Origin: a virus
Lineage: Duplodnaviria > Caudoviricetes
Length of the DNA: 64,000 nucleotides
Reading direction: 5' to 3' (one strand)
Virus record (IMG/VR): IMGVR_UViG_3300026274_000001
Shown here: in pieces, positions 18,121 through 27,894 of the stretch
How positions within the stretch are numbered: the first letter of the stretch is position 1
Layout of the letters: each line of letters begins with the position of its first letter
Program-made: the position numbers and the translations under genes
Notes under the pieces: model-generated
What the model was told of the DNA's origin: nothing
The model's database searches: none
Seen by the model: the letters and a program-made list of their open reading frames with translations, nothing else

Positions 18121-18146
18121 AAAAGGAGCCCCACTGGGGCTCTTTT
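18121..18146 (+). terminator. Intrinsic terminator
   Basis: AAAAGGAGCCCCACTGGGGCTCTTTT. Confidence 0.8.
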
Positions 18147-18214
18147 GCGTTCTATGCTTTACAGTTCATATGAATTACTTTATCATATGAATATGGTGAA
18201 CACAGGAGAACAAA

Positions 18215-18454
18215 ATGAGCTATGAAGTACCCCGCAAGTCGAAATTGAAGATCGACGTACAAAGCAAAGTGATCGGCGACCCATCAGGCGGGAAGCTGTA
18301 TAAGGCTGGCAAAAGCTGCACGACCCAACGCAGTCCGGCAAACCCTGGTGAATTCATTATCTGGTTTGGTAAGAAGGAATTTGCCAAGGTGCAAGCCCTC
18401 GATCTACGCAATACTATCGAATACATGGACGGTCGCCCTGAGGGCCACCAATGA
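18215..18454 (+). CDS. Hypothetical protein
   Basis: AGGAG SD; promoter TTTACA 18158 / TATCAT 18181. Confidence 0.75.
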   Translation: MSYEVPRKSKLKIDVQSKVIGDPSGGKLYKAGKSCTTQRSPANPGEFIIWFGKKEFAKVQALDLRNTIEYMDGRPEGHQ

Positions 18455-19050
18455 TCATCTATGTAGACGGTGGGGCTAAGGAAGTCCCAGGTACGCGATC
18501 GTTCAATATCTCGTGGGGCTTAGTGGTTCACCACAACGATCAAACTGAAGAACGATACGGTGGCTATAAGCAAGTTGATCGGTATTTTTGTGCTCATCAT
18601 GAGCTAGTGGCATTTGCTTCGGCGGTGTTGCATGCTAAAAAAACTGGTGTTGCTTACGAGGATATTTCCTTTTACTGTGACGACTTCCACGTCTGTAATG
18701 CCGGCTCATGGTTTCACAAAGACAACTGGGTTGCGACTAGCGATGTTGACACGCTAAAGAAGCGGCTGCTTGAAACCTGCGTGCAATTCTTTACACCAGA
18801 ACTGTACGATGACTTGCTTGACTGCTTGATCAAAGCACGCTTCACAAAGGTAAAGGGGCACAGCGACGTGATCTATAACCTGCGTGTGGATTACTTGTCC
18901 GACTATGCCCGAGGGCTACTCAGCGGTGCTCCAATACAGTGGATTAATTTTGAAGCTTGGTTAGCTAAGGGCTTTTTAGTGTATAGGTCCCCAAGGGAAG
19001 CCTATACTTGGTACGCCCCATTTAGTGAACTGTCGCTAAATCAAACTTAA
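18451..19050 (+). CDS. Ribonuclease HI-like protein
   Basis: IYVDGG, ELVA, CDD, KVKGHS..YN.RVD.L: RNase H acidic catalytic set. Confidence 0.8.
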   Translation: MIIYVDGGAKEVPGTRSFNISWGLVVHHNDQTEERYGGYKQVDRYFCAHHELVAFASAVLHAKKTGVAYEDISFYCDDFHVCNAGSWFHKDNWVATSDVDTLKKRLLETCVQFFTPELYDDLLDCLIKARFTKVKGHSDVIYNLRVDYLSDYARGLLSGAPIQWINFEAWLAKGFLVYRSPREAYTWYAPFSELSLNQT

Positions 19051-19387
19051 TCGAAAGCTGACGCATGTACAGATGGCGAGTATCATAGCTATCTGTCATC
19101 AAACGTAGAGCAATCAAATGCTGTGGATGATCAGTCCACCGCAAAAAGCCGTGATCTCGTTCTAAACACCCGATTTTGAGTGCAATGTTGATTGCATAAT
19201 GAGCATAGCATTCATCAACATCCAGCAAGTGTAAAAATAGTCGAACATGCCCCAACAGTACATTTTTAGGAATACCTGTTGGGTGATTGCCATCTTGACA
19301 AAGGTCCTTCGCTTTGTCAACCACCAATTTGAAAACCTGAATTCTAGTCAAGTATTCACTTTCATCAGCTTGGCGTGATGCATTCAT
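19022..19387 (-). CDS. Hypothetical protein
   Basis: 121 aa, follows 19389-19874. Confidence 0.6.
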   Translation of the reverse strand: MNASRQADESEYLTRIQVFKLVVDKAKDLCQDGNHPTGIPKNVLLGHVRLFLHLLDVDECYAHYAINIALKIGCLERDHGFLRWTDHPQHLIALRLMTDSYDTRHLYMRQLSIKFDLATVH

Positions 19388-19388
19388 G

Positions 19389-19874
19389 TTAAGCCTTTAT
19401 ATTGATTTCAATCGACTCAGTTGTGACTTTATATTTCTTGGCGATAACTTTCTTGATATCGGCAATTGAAAGCTGCTCAAGCTTTTCAAATAACGCAATC
19501 AATGTTCCGTTTTCATCCCGTAATGGAATTGAGCCGACTTTCTGCCAAACAAGTGCTTCAAAGTCAATACCCATATCGTCTGAATTGACATAAGTGAATG
19601 GCTTGCGATTGCCAGGCCAAGCATTCGGAACATCAATTTCAGCATATTCCTCAAATGTGAACATCACGCGATTCTCATTTGGGTGACGATTCACACCCTT
19701 CACTTTGATGACAAACTTAGCAGCTCCATTATCGATGCCGCCTCGATGAGCAACCACGACATACATTACTTTCTGTGCTTGTTTGAAACTCGCGGCCATC
19801 CAACCAACCCCTGCACGTTCAATACAGTCAAGCAGCGTGTTTTCAGTAATAGTAAGAATCGTATCGTATTGCAT
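19389..19874 (-). CDS. Hypothetical protein
   Basis: AGGTG SD; C-terminal LSIADIK..IA..Y.V...I.I.I motif. Confidence 0.75.
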   Translation of the reverse strand: MQYDTILTITENTLLDCIERAGVGWMAASFKQAQKVMYVVVAHRGGIDNGAAKFVIKVKGVNRHPNENRVMFTFEEYAEIDVPNAWPGNRKPFTYVNSDDMGIDFEALVWQKVGSIPLRDENGTLIALFEKLEQLSIADIKKVIAKKYKVTTESIEINIKA

Positions 19875-19944
19875 AAGTCACCTATGTGTTTGAAGTTATT
19901 TGCTACAGTCATAAGGTTATAGTGTGTTTATAGTTAACGCAAGC

Positions 19945-19975
19945 ATAACCTTGATATAACCTTGATATAACCTTG
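19945..19975. repeat. 11-bp tandem repeat ATAACCTTGAT x about 2.8
   Basis: Read directly in the intergenic region. Confidence 0.85.
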
Positions 19976-20001
19976 CATTGCAATGAAGTCTTAGAATGAA
20001 T

Positions 20002-20027
20002 GAAAGCCCCTCATTTGAGGGGCTTTC
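20002..20027. terminator. Intrinsic terminator
   Basis: GAAAGCCCCTCATTTGAGGGGCTTTC downstream of cca. Confidence 0.8.
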
Positions 20028-20037
20028 ACCTTACTGC

Positions 20038-21258
20038 TTACTGCTTTTGATCCAATATCATCTTGCAAGCATCAAGCATGAATGCGTGATCACTAAAATG
20101 ACCGTCATACATACCGCTGTTGAACCAAGCGTACTTCATAGACAACAGCATGGTGCCCATTTCCTTGCCAGGCTGCATACCAAGCTCCTTCAAGTCATCA
20201 CCAGTAATAGGAAACACTGGGACGTCCCATTGCTTGATTTGATCTGCAACTGCAACTCGGCCAAGCATCAATGCTGCTTCCACTGCATAGTCAACTGAAG
20301 CACCTTGCATAACGATGCTTTCTTTGAGACGTTGAACAAGAACAGCATCATCCTTAGACTTGTAGTCCCTGAACTTCACCAAGTATTGCATCAAACGCGT
20401 GTCCTTGGTGCTGATCTTCAACCGCTTACCAAAGTCTGCGACTTGTTCCGTAGTTTTGAACAACGTGGTAAACACCGTTGCTGCATTCTTCGTATGTGCA
20501 ACAGCAACCTTCATTGCTGCCAAACGTGTATCAGTGGGTTGTGGCAAGTCGCTGGGCATCAATACATTGCACTGTGACATTACTTCATAAACGGCAGGGG
20601 CGGACGGGTGCGTCATCATCTTACTGACTTCCTGCCACACACGCTCACTAGATACTTGCCTCAAGCCTTCAGCATATTTTGTGATAGCTGCAATCTGCGT
20701 GACATCGTATGCACCTTTGCTGAAACGACCTGAAAATCTAAAGAACCGCAAAATGCGCAAGTAGTCTTCTTGAATGCGCAAAGCAGGGTCACCAACAAAG
20801 CGCACAACTCCAGCCACCAAATCCTTCTGGCCTTCGTACGGATCGTCCAACACGCCGTCAAATGTCATCGACATCGCATTGATAGTCAAGTCACGCCGAG
20901 CCAAATCCTCGTACCACAAACGCGTGAATGTGACCTTTGCATGACGACCATCCGTCTCCGTATCGTAGCGCAAGCTGGTGATTTCGTATGTTTCACCATT
21001 GATGATTACCGAAATAGTACCGTGATCAATTCCGGTTGGCTCGAACCGAATGCCAGCCTTAGTATAGATACGAATAGCTTCATCAGGAAATGCGTCAGTG
21101 CAGAGGTCGATATCCTTGGGTGTTTGATCGCAGAGAATATCACGAACAGCACCACCTACGATTCGAATATCGAATCCGTCGGCCTGAAACAAGGCGCGTA
21201 ATGCGAGCAAATCAGCATTAACTACTTGATCAAGTATTTTGGTATGCATTGTGTTCAT
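20038..21258 (-). CDS. cca: CCA-adding tRNA nucleotidyltransferase
   Basis: VGGAVRD, DIDLCT, EITSLR, EDLARRDLTINAM, RIQEDYLRILRFFRF. Confidence 0.93.
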   Translation of the reverse strand: MNTMHTKILDQVVNADLLALRALFQADGFDIRIVGGAVRDILCDQTPKDIDLCTDAFPDEAIRIYTKAGIRFEPTGIDHGTISVIINGETYEITSLRYDTETDGRHAKVTFTRLWYEDLARRDLTINAMSMTFDGVLDDPYEGQKDLVAGVVRFVGDPALRIQEDYLRILRFFRFSGRFSKGAYDVTQIAAITKYAEGLRQVSSERVWQEVSKMMTHPSAPAVYEVMSQCNVLMPSDLPQPTDTRLAAMKVAVAHTKNAATVFTTLFKTTEQVADFGKRLKISTKDTRLMQYLVKFRDYKSKDDAVLVQRLKESIVMQGASVDYAVEAALMLGRVAVADQIKQWDVPVFPITGDDLKELGMQPGKEMGTMLLSMKYAWFNSGMYDGHFSDHAFMLDACKMILDQKQ

Positions 21259-21334
21259 TAATTCTCCTTGGAATATTGACGTGTTTATCAGTTACTGCCA
21301 ATATACACTATAATAACAGGATTAGTCAAGCCAT

Positions 21335-22120
21335 ATGAATACACCAAATACAATAAACTCTGTGGCTGGACCTGCTCCCGCGACTACGCCTTGGTCTGGT
21401 GTTACACAGCAACATCAAGGACAGTTACCGCTAGGTAGTCCACAATATGGGGCTAACTATCAGCAGCCCTCGGTGGGTGGGGTATTGATTGGTAATGCAA
21501 TACAGCTCTCGGCGAACGGGAACGTATCAATAAATACTAACGTATCAATAAATCAATCAGCATACATGTTCTATAAATGGAACCTGGGGTATGATTTTCC
21601 CAAAGAATTATTAATATCTGGCGTTCCATTAGTTCCAGCACTTTATATAGATAATGCTTGCACTATGATGTTTCATATTAGCGTATGGATAGAAGTATGC
21701 AAACCCAATACTGCTGATTTTGGTGTGATGTGGGATGGCAAGGCAACCAAGTATTCGTCGTTGAGTGGGGCATTAAATACTACTGAAGAATTTGAAGGTG
21801 TACTTATGATCAAGCAAGGTGTCACGTTCGATACCTTTAATGTTTGGTGGGATGAGTACACATCACGATTTGATGGTGATAGCTGGAAGTTTGAGCAGTT
21901 ACCATTGGTCAAAGAAGGTAAGGAAATTTCTGGCTGTCCCATTGCGCATGGTGAGAAAGTAAGCTATACTGGCAAACAAATTATGGCAACCGATAAGCTA
22001 TTTGATCGTTGGTGCTGGATTGTTGAACGGACTAGTCAGCCAGTATGGTTTAGTAATGACTTTTGGTTTTTCAACAACACATCAGAAATGCTGATGTACA
22101 AATTGATCGATGAAAAATAA
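21335..22120 (+). CDS. Paralogue family B copy 1 (C-terminal family A-like domain)
   Basis: WWDEYTSRF..LF.RWCWIVE..MLMYKL. Confidence 0.8.
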   Translation: MNTPNTINSVAGPAPATTPWSGVTQQHQGQLPLGSPQYGANYQQPSVGGVLIGNAIQLSANGNVSINTNVSINQSAYMFYKWNLGYDFPKELLISGVPLVPALYIDNACTMMFHISVWIEVCKPNTADFGVMWDGKATKYSSLSGALNTTEEFEGVLMIKQGVTFDTFNVWWDEYTSRFDGDSWKFEQLPLVKEGKEISGCPIAHGEKVSYTGKQIMATDKLFDRWCWIVERTSQPVWFSNDFWFFNNTSEMLMYKLIDEK

Positions 22121-22895
22121 AAAAAATATATTTGTCCGTATTTGGCGTGCAATCGTATGTGCTGATTTCGTAGAAGAACGACTCGTTGCAATGAAAGCGC
22201 AAGAACTGGATGCACAAGCTAGTCTTGCTGCCGGTTATGACGATCCTATGGAAGATTCAAGGCAAGTGCTAAGTCCTTCTGATGACGATACGGCTAGGGT
22301 ACTGGGTGGTAGTGGTCATTTTATTTGGCGATTATATGATGAATGGCCCTTAGAAGTAATTGACGGCGAAAATAAACCCAAGATAGCATTGAAAATGGAT
22401 GCAAGGGCTTTTATGTTTCATGTGAGTACTTGGGCACTAGTAACTGGGCGTAAACAACGTAATTTGTGTGTGTCAATTAGAAATATGCGCGATGAAAATT
22501 TCCAATCACATCACACTGGTATTTTGCTTCTACCAGAAGGTGAAGAATATGATTCTTTCCAAATTTGGTGGAAAGCATATGTGGAACGATTTAGCTTACG
22601 ATATTTAAATGGCGCCAAAACGATTGACAAATATGGCAACTCTGAAGTTCATATATTCCCAGAGATACCTGATAGTTATTCTATAGAAGGCACTACCTTC
22701 ATCCATGAAGGTATGGAATACATGTCTAAATCGGATTTTTGGAATCCCAGTAATGACTTATTTAAGCAGTGGTGCTGGATTGTTGAAAATTGTACAGGTA
22801 ATGTTTGGGTCACTCATAAGCATTTCATATTCGAAGAATCATCAGACGCAGTATTATTCAAATTAGTAAATCCAGAAGACAAATTAGAAGAATAA
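22110..22895 (+). CDS. Family B copy 2
   Basis: WWKAYVERF..LFKQWCWIVENC..DAVLFKL. Confidence 0.8.
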   Translation: MKNKKNIFVRIWRAIVCADFVEERLVAMKAQELDAQASLAAGYDDPMEDSRQVLSPSDDDTARVLGGSGHFIWRLYDEWPLEVIDGENKPKIALKMDARAFMFHVSTWALVTGRKQRNLCVSIRNMRDENFQSHHTGILLLPEGEEYDSFQIWWKAYVERFSLRYLNGAKTIDKYGNSEVHIFPEIPDSYSIEGTTFIHEGMEYMSKSDFWNPSNDLFKQWCWIVENCTGNVWVTHKHFIFEESSDAVLFKLVNPEDKLEE

Positions 22896-22898
22896 AAA

Positions 22899-23561
22899 AT
22901 GAGACAAAACGTATTTCAAAGAACTAAGCGACGTATTTCCGATTGGTACTTCGGTATTGACTACGAAGATGGACGAATTACAGCAAACAGTCATGATGAT
23001 GATGATGACTGTTGCGCGGTGGGTGGTAATTCATTCTCACTATATGCAATGTTAGGTACTGAGCCTGATTGGGCCGAAACCGTTCTTACTGGCACTAATA
23101 AATTTAAGGTTGGTGATAAGATAACTGCGGTACTTAAAACTGACGAAGCTCTTGGTTCATTTTTCCATATGGCTGCATTTATCCAGATGACTGGCGTCAA
23201 TCATGGTTATCATATTTCAGTCAATAAGTATGAAGACAAGCAGAATGATGATCATTTTCCATCAGTGGTATTGATTAGTGATGAAATCAAACCACAATAT
23301 GACGAATGGATGGAAACTTATAGCAAGCGTGTTTGTGATTTCGAACGAGCACTACCAGTTATTCAAGAAGGCGACGAAGTAACCGGTACTGCAATCTCGT
23401 TCAAGGGTAGAATACGTCGTGAAAGCTGCCCTGATGACACCCTATTCAACGAATGGATATGGATCATGGAAAACTGCGATGGTCGCGTGGTTGCATCCAA
23501 TAAGTGTTGGATATTTGAAGATACTACCGACGCAGTAAAGTACAAATTGGCTAGATTCTAA
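22899..23561 (+). CDS. Family B copy 3
   Basis: WMETYSKR..LFNEWIWIMENC..DAVKYKL. Confidence 0.8.
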   Translation: MRQNVFQRTKRRISDWYFGIDYEDGRITANSHDDDDDCCAVGGNSFSLYAMLGTEPDWAETVLTGTNKFKVGDKITAVLKTDEALGSFFHMAAFIQMTGVNHGYHISVNKYEDKQNDDHFPSVVLISDEIKPQYDEWMETYSKRVCDFERALPVIQEGDEVTGTAISFKGRIRRESCPDDTLFNEWIWIMENCDGRVVASNKCWIFEDTTDAVKYKLARF

Positions 23562-23575
23562 GTTAGTCAGTCAAG

Positions 23576-23602
23576 AAAAAGCCCAGCAATGCTGGGCTTT
23601 TT
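23576..23602. terminator. Bidirectional terminator
   Basis: AAAAAGCCCAGCAATGCTGGGCTTTTT between convergent genes. Confidence 0.85.
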
Positions 23603-23603
23603 C

Positions 23604-24896
23604 TTATTTCGTGTTATTCAATCTGCGCAACTTGCGTACCGCATCGACAACTCCCGTTGTCGTTTGTTCCTTCACCCCTCGATGACGAATCGTTGCTTCA
23701 AAGTTCGCCATTTCCTTGTCACCAATAATGACAACGGCTGGAACACTTTTACCCAAGAAACCTTTCATTCGTTTGTTGAAGTGCGACGGATCTGAGTTGA
23801 TCTCAACTCGTATGCCTTCACCTTCCAATTGCTCAAGTACATTCTTGGCAAAGCGTAAATGATCCGCACCAACAGGAACAATACCCACTTGCAAGGGGCA
23901 CAACCAGAATGGTAGTTTCCCTTCATGATGTTCTAATAGAATGCCCATAAAGCGTTCCACAGAGCCTAGGATCGCCCGGTGCAGCATAACTGGATGCGCG
24001 CTTGTACCTTCCGTCGTGATGTATTGGGCCCCCAACCGTTCAGGTAGAACTAGATCGAGTTGCAGCGTTCCACATTGCCATTGACGCCCACGTTTATCCG
24101 TTAGGGTGAATTCAAGCTTGGGACCATAGAATGCACCTTCGCCTGGTTGCAGTTCAACTACCAAGCCGGCGGCGATCGCAGCATCAGCTAACCCCTTTTC
24201 AGCTAGATCCCAAGTTGCATCGGTGCCTGCTCGCTTTTCTGGTCGTGTTGACAGCTTAACTGATACGTCATGGAAGCCGAAGTCTCGGTAAACATCCAAC
24301 AGCAGCTTGCAGAACTTCACACTTTCTTCATTGATTTGTTCTTCAGTACAGAAAATATGAGCGTCGTCTTGTGTGAAGGCACGCACCCGCATTAAGCCTA
24401 GAAGGGAACCTGATGGTTCATTACGGTGACACGCACCGAATTCAGCTAAGCGCATGGGAAGCTGCTTATATGATACTAAGCCATGATTGAAAATCTGCAC
24501 ATGGCCGGGGCAATTCATTGGCTTGAGCGCTAGGTACTTTACATCTGATGCGCCACAGTTGCAATCAAGGCTGCTTTGCGATTCCCAGGAAAAACAATTT
24601 TCCTTATGATTGTGATCTGCATCTTGTTCAGTGACAAACATGTTTTCACGATACTTGTCCCAATGGCCAGACTTTTCCCACAATGAACGATCCATCAGCT
24701 GGGGAGTTTTTACTTCCTGGTAGCCATCTTTACGAACTTTGTCTCGAATATATTCTTCAATAGTACGGAACAACGTGTAGCCGTTTGGATGCCAAAATAC
24801 GCTCCCAATTGCTTCTTCCTGTATATGAAAGAGATCCAAGTCTTTGCCAATCTGGCGGTGATCTCCCGCTTCTAAATCATTCACATTAGTCTCCAT
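23604..24896 (-). CDS. thrS: Threonyl-tRNA synthetase, catalytic + anticodon domains only
   Basis: DHRQIGKDLDLF, KPMNCPGH, CHRNEPSG, RVRAFTQDDAH, GAFYGPK, MLHRAILGSVERF. Confidence 0.95.
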   Translation of the reverse strand: METNVNDLEAGDHRQIGKDLDLFHIQEEAIGSVFWHPNGYTLFRTIEEYIRDKVRKDGYQEVKTPQLMDRSLWEKSGHWDKYRENMFVTEQDADHNHKENCFSWESQSSLDCNCGASDVKYLALKPMNCPGHVQIFNHGLVSYKQLPMRLAEFGACHRNEPSGSLLGLMRVRAFTQDDAHIFCTEEQINEESVKFCKLLLDVYRDFGFHDVSVKLSTRPEKRAGTDATWDLAEKGLADAAIAAGLVVELQPGEGAFYGPKLEFTLTDKRGRQWQCGTLQLDLVLPERLGAQYITTEGTSAHPVMLHRAILGSVERFMGILLEHHEGKLPFWLCPLQVGIVPVGADHLRFAKNVLEQLEGEGIRVEINSDPSHFNKRMKGFLGKSVPAVVIIGDKEMANFEATIRHRGVKEQTTTGVVDAVRKLRRLNNTK

Positions 24897-25235
24897 GAAA
24901 TTAATTGTATGATTTTATAGGAAAATAATGTTTGGTGCTATATAAGCCCACGAATGAATGAAAATAGTAAGACCCTTTGTTTAACCAGGCGGTCCATGAT
25001 TACGGAAATCCTTACGGGCCGTACATCAATTACTTTCCTGTCGCGTGTGGTCGGATCACTTGCTCATAGCTTTGGTCCGGGGTTTCCAAAGCCGTTTTTA
25101 CTGCACCTACCGATCGTGCCTATAGTATATCAGAGTGTCGGGTGACATACGTCATTATATAAATTGGCTATTATATATCAAAATAATTATTTCTATTTTG
25201 CATCCTATGTGAAATGGCACCACAATGCATTCACT

Positions 25236-25478
25236 ATGACAGCAGAATATCTTAAAGCTGCCCGGCTTAATGGGCAACGTATTGACACTACAGTTACTGA
25301 GGCAGAACTGTTGATCGCTAATGATGGAGTGAAGAGCGCTTGGGAGGATATCCAACGCATTCGTGCAGTAATAGCAGAAGAACAGGTAGCCGCCGTAAAT
25401 GCAATCAAGGACAAGTATGAACACGAACTACAAGATGCGTACACCAACTACGCATTATTAATATCGCTGAGTCGGTAA
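25236..25478 (+). CDS. Coiled-coil protein, module II gene a
   Basis: ATG 25236 gives 80 aa, paralogue of 12804-13046. Confidence 0.8.
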   Translation: MTAEYLKAARLNGQRIDTTVTEAELLIANDGVKSAWEDIQRIRAVIAEEQVAAVNAIKDKYEHELQDAYTNYALLISLSR

Positions 25479-25479
25479 T

Positions 25480-26724
25480 ATGGCAAATTTAGTTATAAAG
25501 TTGTTTGACAAGATGTATGTGGGTTTCCAAAAACGTAATACCGAAAGTGGTTCACCGTTGGGATCATTGACCCCTTGGGGCGAAGATGCGGTATCTAGAA
25601 AAAAGATGACGCAAGTTGATAATTGGTGTAAAGACAAACTAAAAGCCGTTATATTGGACAACGTACCAGTATCTGGTTTCCGTGTTAGTGACAGCGCTCG
25701 TCAAAGCAGTTGGAGTGGAGAGAATACTTTTATTCAAATTGAAGATCCTCGAGGTTTTGAATTGTTTATCTCTGTTGACAACATGGTTCAAATCATGAAC
25801 GGCAATACTATTGTTGATGGTGAAATCAAGATTCCATGTGTATGGGGACGTGACGGTAGTATTAATATATTGTTACCAATCAATAGCGAACCATACAAAA
25901 ATGCAATTGAAAATACTGAACGTGTAAAACAAACGTTCAATATGCGTGGTGTAAAACACGGCAACAAAATCGAATTAAAAGATGGGCGCATCGGTATCTA
26001 CTACGGGGCGTATTATCAAGTTATACGTGAACAGCATAATGAAGATATTAAATCTCCATGTGGTACTATGACTTTAGACCGTCAATTTGAAAAGGTTGCC
26101 ATTAATCAGCAAAAATTACATATCACTCATATTGTTGAAAACAAAGCACAGCCAGATTTTAAGCCTCACTTTGATATCACAAAGACTATACGGGTGTCTA
26201 GGCAAATTAACCCAGACTCGATTACAGCAGCTGAAGCTGAACAGTATGTAAATGATCACTTGAAGGATCGTAATACTTACCGTGCTTGTATTGGATATAC
26301 CGCATCACTTGATCTGGATTTTAAGTTCGAGATCACTACTGAGGTCACCACTTCTGACGCTTTGCGACAGCAGCAAGGGGCCAAGAACAGTTGGTCAACT
26401 GGAAAGACTATATTTATTGCTAAACACGAAGCTGATGATGTTTATCTATTGTGTGACGGAAGTATTCTTATTGATATGACACGGCCGAATAGATATGTTT
26501 ACGGTATGGGTCATGTGACCAACGATGCCCGTGTTTATGGCAGACAAATTGACATGGAACAATTTTTAACTGGTGAGTTTGATATTCTCCAGCGATTCAA
26601 AACTGGTGATTTGAAAACAGACAATAAAATCAAAGCATATGATGAAGCTGATTTGGTATATCTGCAACCATATGTGATTTACACTAGTTCCAAGACTGGT
26701 GTTGAATATAAGATGCCCTACTAA
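25480..26724 (+). CDS. Conserved large-phage protein, module II gene b
   Basis: 414 aa paralogue of 13049-14290. Confidence 0.85.
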   Translation: MANLVIKLFDKMYVGFQKRNTESGSPLGSLTPWGEDAVSRKKMTQVDNWCKDKLKAVILDNVPVSGFRVSDSARQSSWSGENTFIQIEDPRGFELFISVDNMVQIMNGNTIVDGEIKIPCVWGRDGSINILLPINSEPYKNAIENTERVKQTFNMRGVKHGNKIELKDGRIGIYYGAYYQVIREQHNEDIKSPCGTMTLDRQFEKVAINQQKLHITHIVENKAQPDFKPHFDITKTIRVSRQINPDSITAAEAEQYVNDHLKDRNTYRACIGYTASLDLDFKFEITTEVTTSDALRQQQGAKNSWSTGKTIFIAKHEADDVYLLCDGSILIDMTRPNRYVYGMGHVTNDARVYGRQIDMEQFLTGEFDILQRFKTGDLKTDNKIKAYDEADLVYLQPYVIYTSSKTGVEYKMPY

Positions 26725-26766
26725 CGGACACGACGTTTCACGTAAATAGTGGAACGGAGTTCAATA

Positions 26767-27378
26767 ATGACAACCATTCTGTACATTCACGGTGCGTTCG
26801 CGACACCAAGTAGCTTTAATCGTATTAAAGAAAACCTTCCAAATCACGAAGCCATTATGCTAGAATATAATGTTGGTGATAATATCAACAATGTTATATC
26901 CGATTGCACAAAAAAATTAAAAGAAAATGGCAATCGAGTGTCCATTGTGGCACATAGTTTGGGTGGCGTATTAGCCGCCATCATTGCACAAAAATGTCCC
27001 CTTGTGGACAAGACTGTAACAATGAGCACACCCTTTGGTGGCAGCAAAGCAGCAGATATGATGAAGTGGTTTAATCCACATCCTATGTTTGAAACTATTA
27101 GTTCACAAAGTTCATTACTTCGGAATTTGTATCAATCCAAAGCTGGCTGTCCAACACTAAGTCTCGTTACCACTAAGGGTCAAAACCCTATGATTAGCGA
27201 AGATAATGACGGAGTGGTCTCGGTTAAAAGCCAGACTGCTTGGCTTTCGCCAGAATACATCAGCGTGCCGTACAATCACTTTGAAGTGTTGTTGGCTGAT
27301 GAAACAATAATAAAAATAAAAGAGTTTCTGTTTGATGAAAGATTTGATAATGATGATCGGAGCAGCGGGCTCCGGTAA
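26767..27378 (+). CDS. Alpha/beta hydrolase
   Basis: LYIHGAF, VAHSLGG nucleophile elbow, STPFGGS, NDGVV, NHFEVL. Confidence 0.88.
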   Translation: MTTILYIHGAFATPSSFNRIKENLPNHEAIMLEYNVGDNINNVISDCTKKLKENGNRVSIVAHSLGGVLAAIIAQKCPLVDKTVTMSTPFGGSKAADMMKWFNPHPMFETISSQSSLLRNLYQSKAGCPTLSLVTTKGQNPMISEDNDGVVSVKSQTAWLSPEYISVPYNHFEVLLADETIIKIKEFLFDERFDNDDRSSGLR

Positions 27379-27823
27379 GAGCACTTGGACCAAAAAGTTT
27401 CTTGCCACCACGGATAAACAATATGTAGTTCTGGGTACTGACGCCATCTTCGTAGAATGGGGCAATGCGATTGGAAAGAATTATTCTGAAGCATTTGCGC
27501 ATTTTAAATACAAGGATGTAGAAAATGAATTCAATCTACGTTTGGGCTCGGCAATTGCGGCAGGTAAGAACATAATTTGGGATCAAACCAATTTGACATT
27601 GAAGTCCCGTTCTGCAAAATTGGCACAAGTACCAAAAGCATATAAGAAACGAGCAGTCGTTTTCAACTTGCCAAAGTCAGTTGTTATGGAACGTGCTCGC
27701 AATGAAGATCGCATCGCTGAGGGTAAGAAGATCCCAACGATGGTTATTCATAGTATGTTTAAACAATTTGAAATGCCGGATCAGTTTGAATTTGATGAAA
27801 TCATCGAAGTGATTACGGCATAA
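27335..27823 (+). CDS. P-loop kinase (AAA_33 / polynucleotide-kinase-like)
   Basis: IGAAGSGKSTW, IIWDQTNL..R, K.IP..VI..M. Confidence 0.85.
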   Translation: MKDLIMMIGAAGSGKSTWTKKFLATTDKQYVVLGTDAIFVEWGNAIGKNYSEAFAHFKYKDVENEFNLRLGSAIAAGKNIIWDQTNLTLKSRSAKLAQVPKAYKKRAVVFNLPKSVVMERARNEDRIAEGKKIPTMVIHSMFKQFEMPDQFEFDEIIEVITA

Positions 27824-27894
27824 AGTTGTTGCAATCAACAAGCCAGTTGTGCATATAATTGGCACATTAGCTTTCAACCTCAACAAGAAATATT

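Noticed and set aside
24897-25160. Thr-rich leader peptide or T-box upstream of thrS, by analogy with aspS
   Set aside because: The only candidate (MTYVTRHSDIL) has two scattered Thr codons, no SD and no U-tailed terminator/antiterminator pair; no T-box consensus seen
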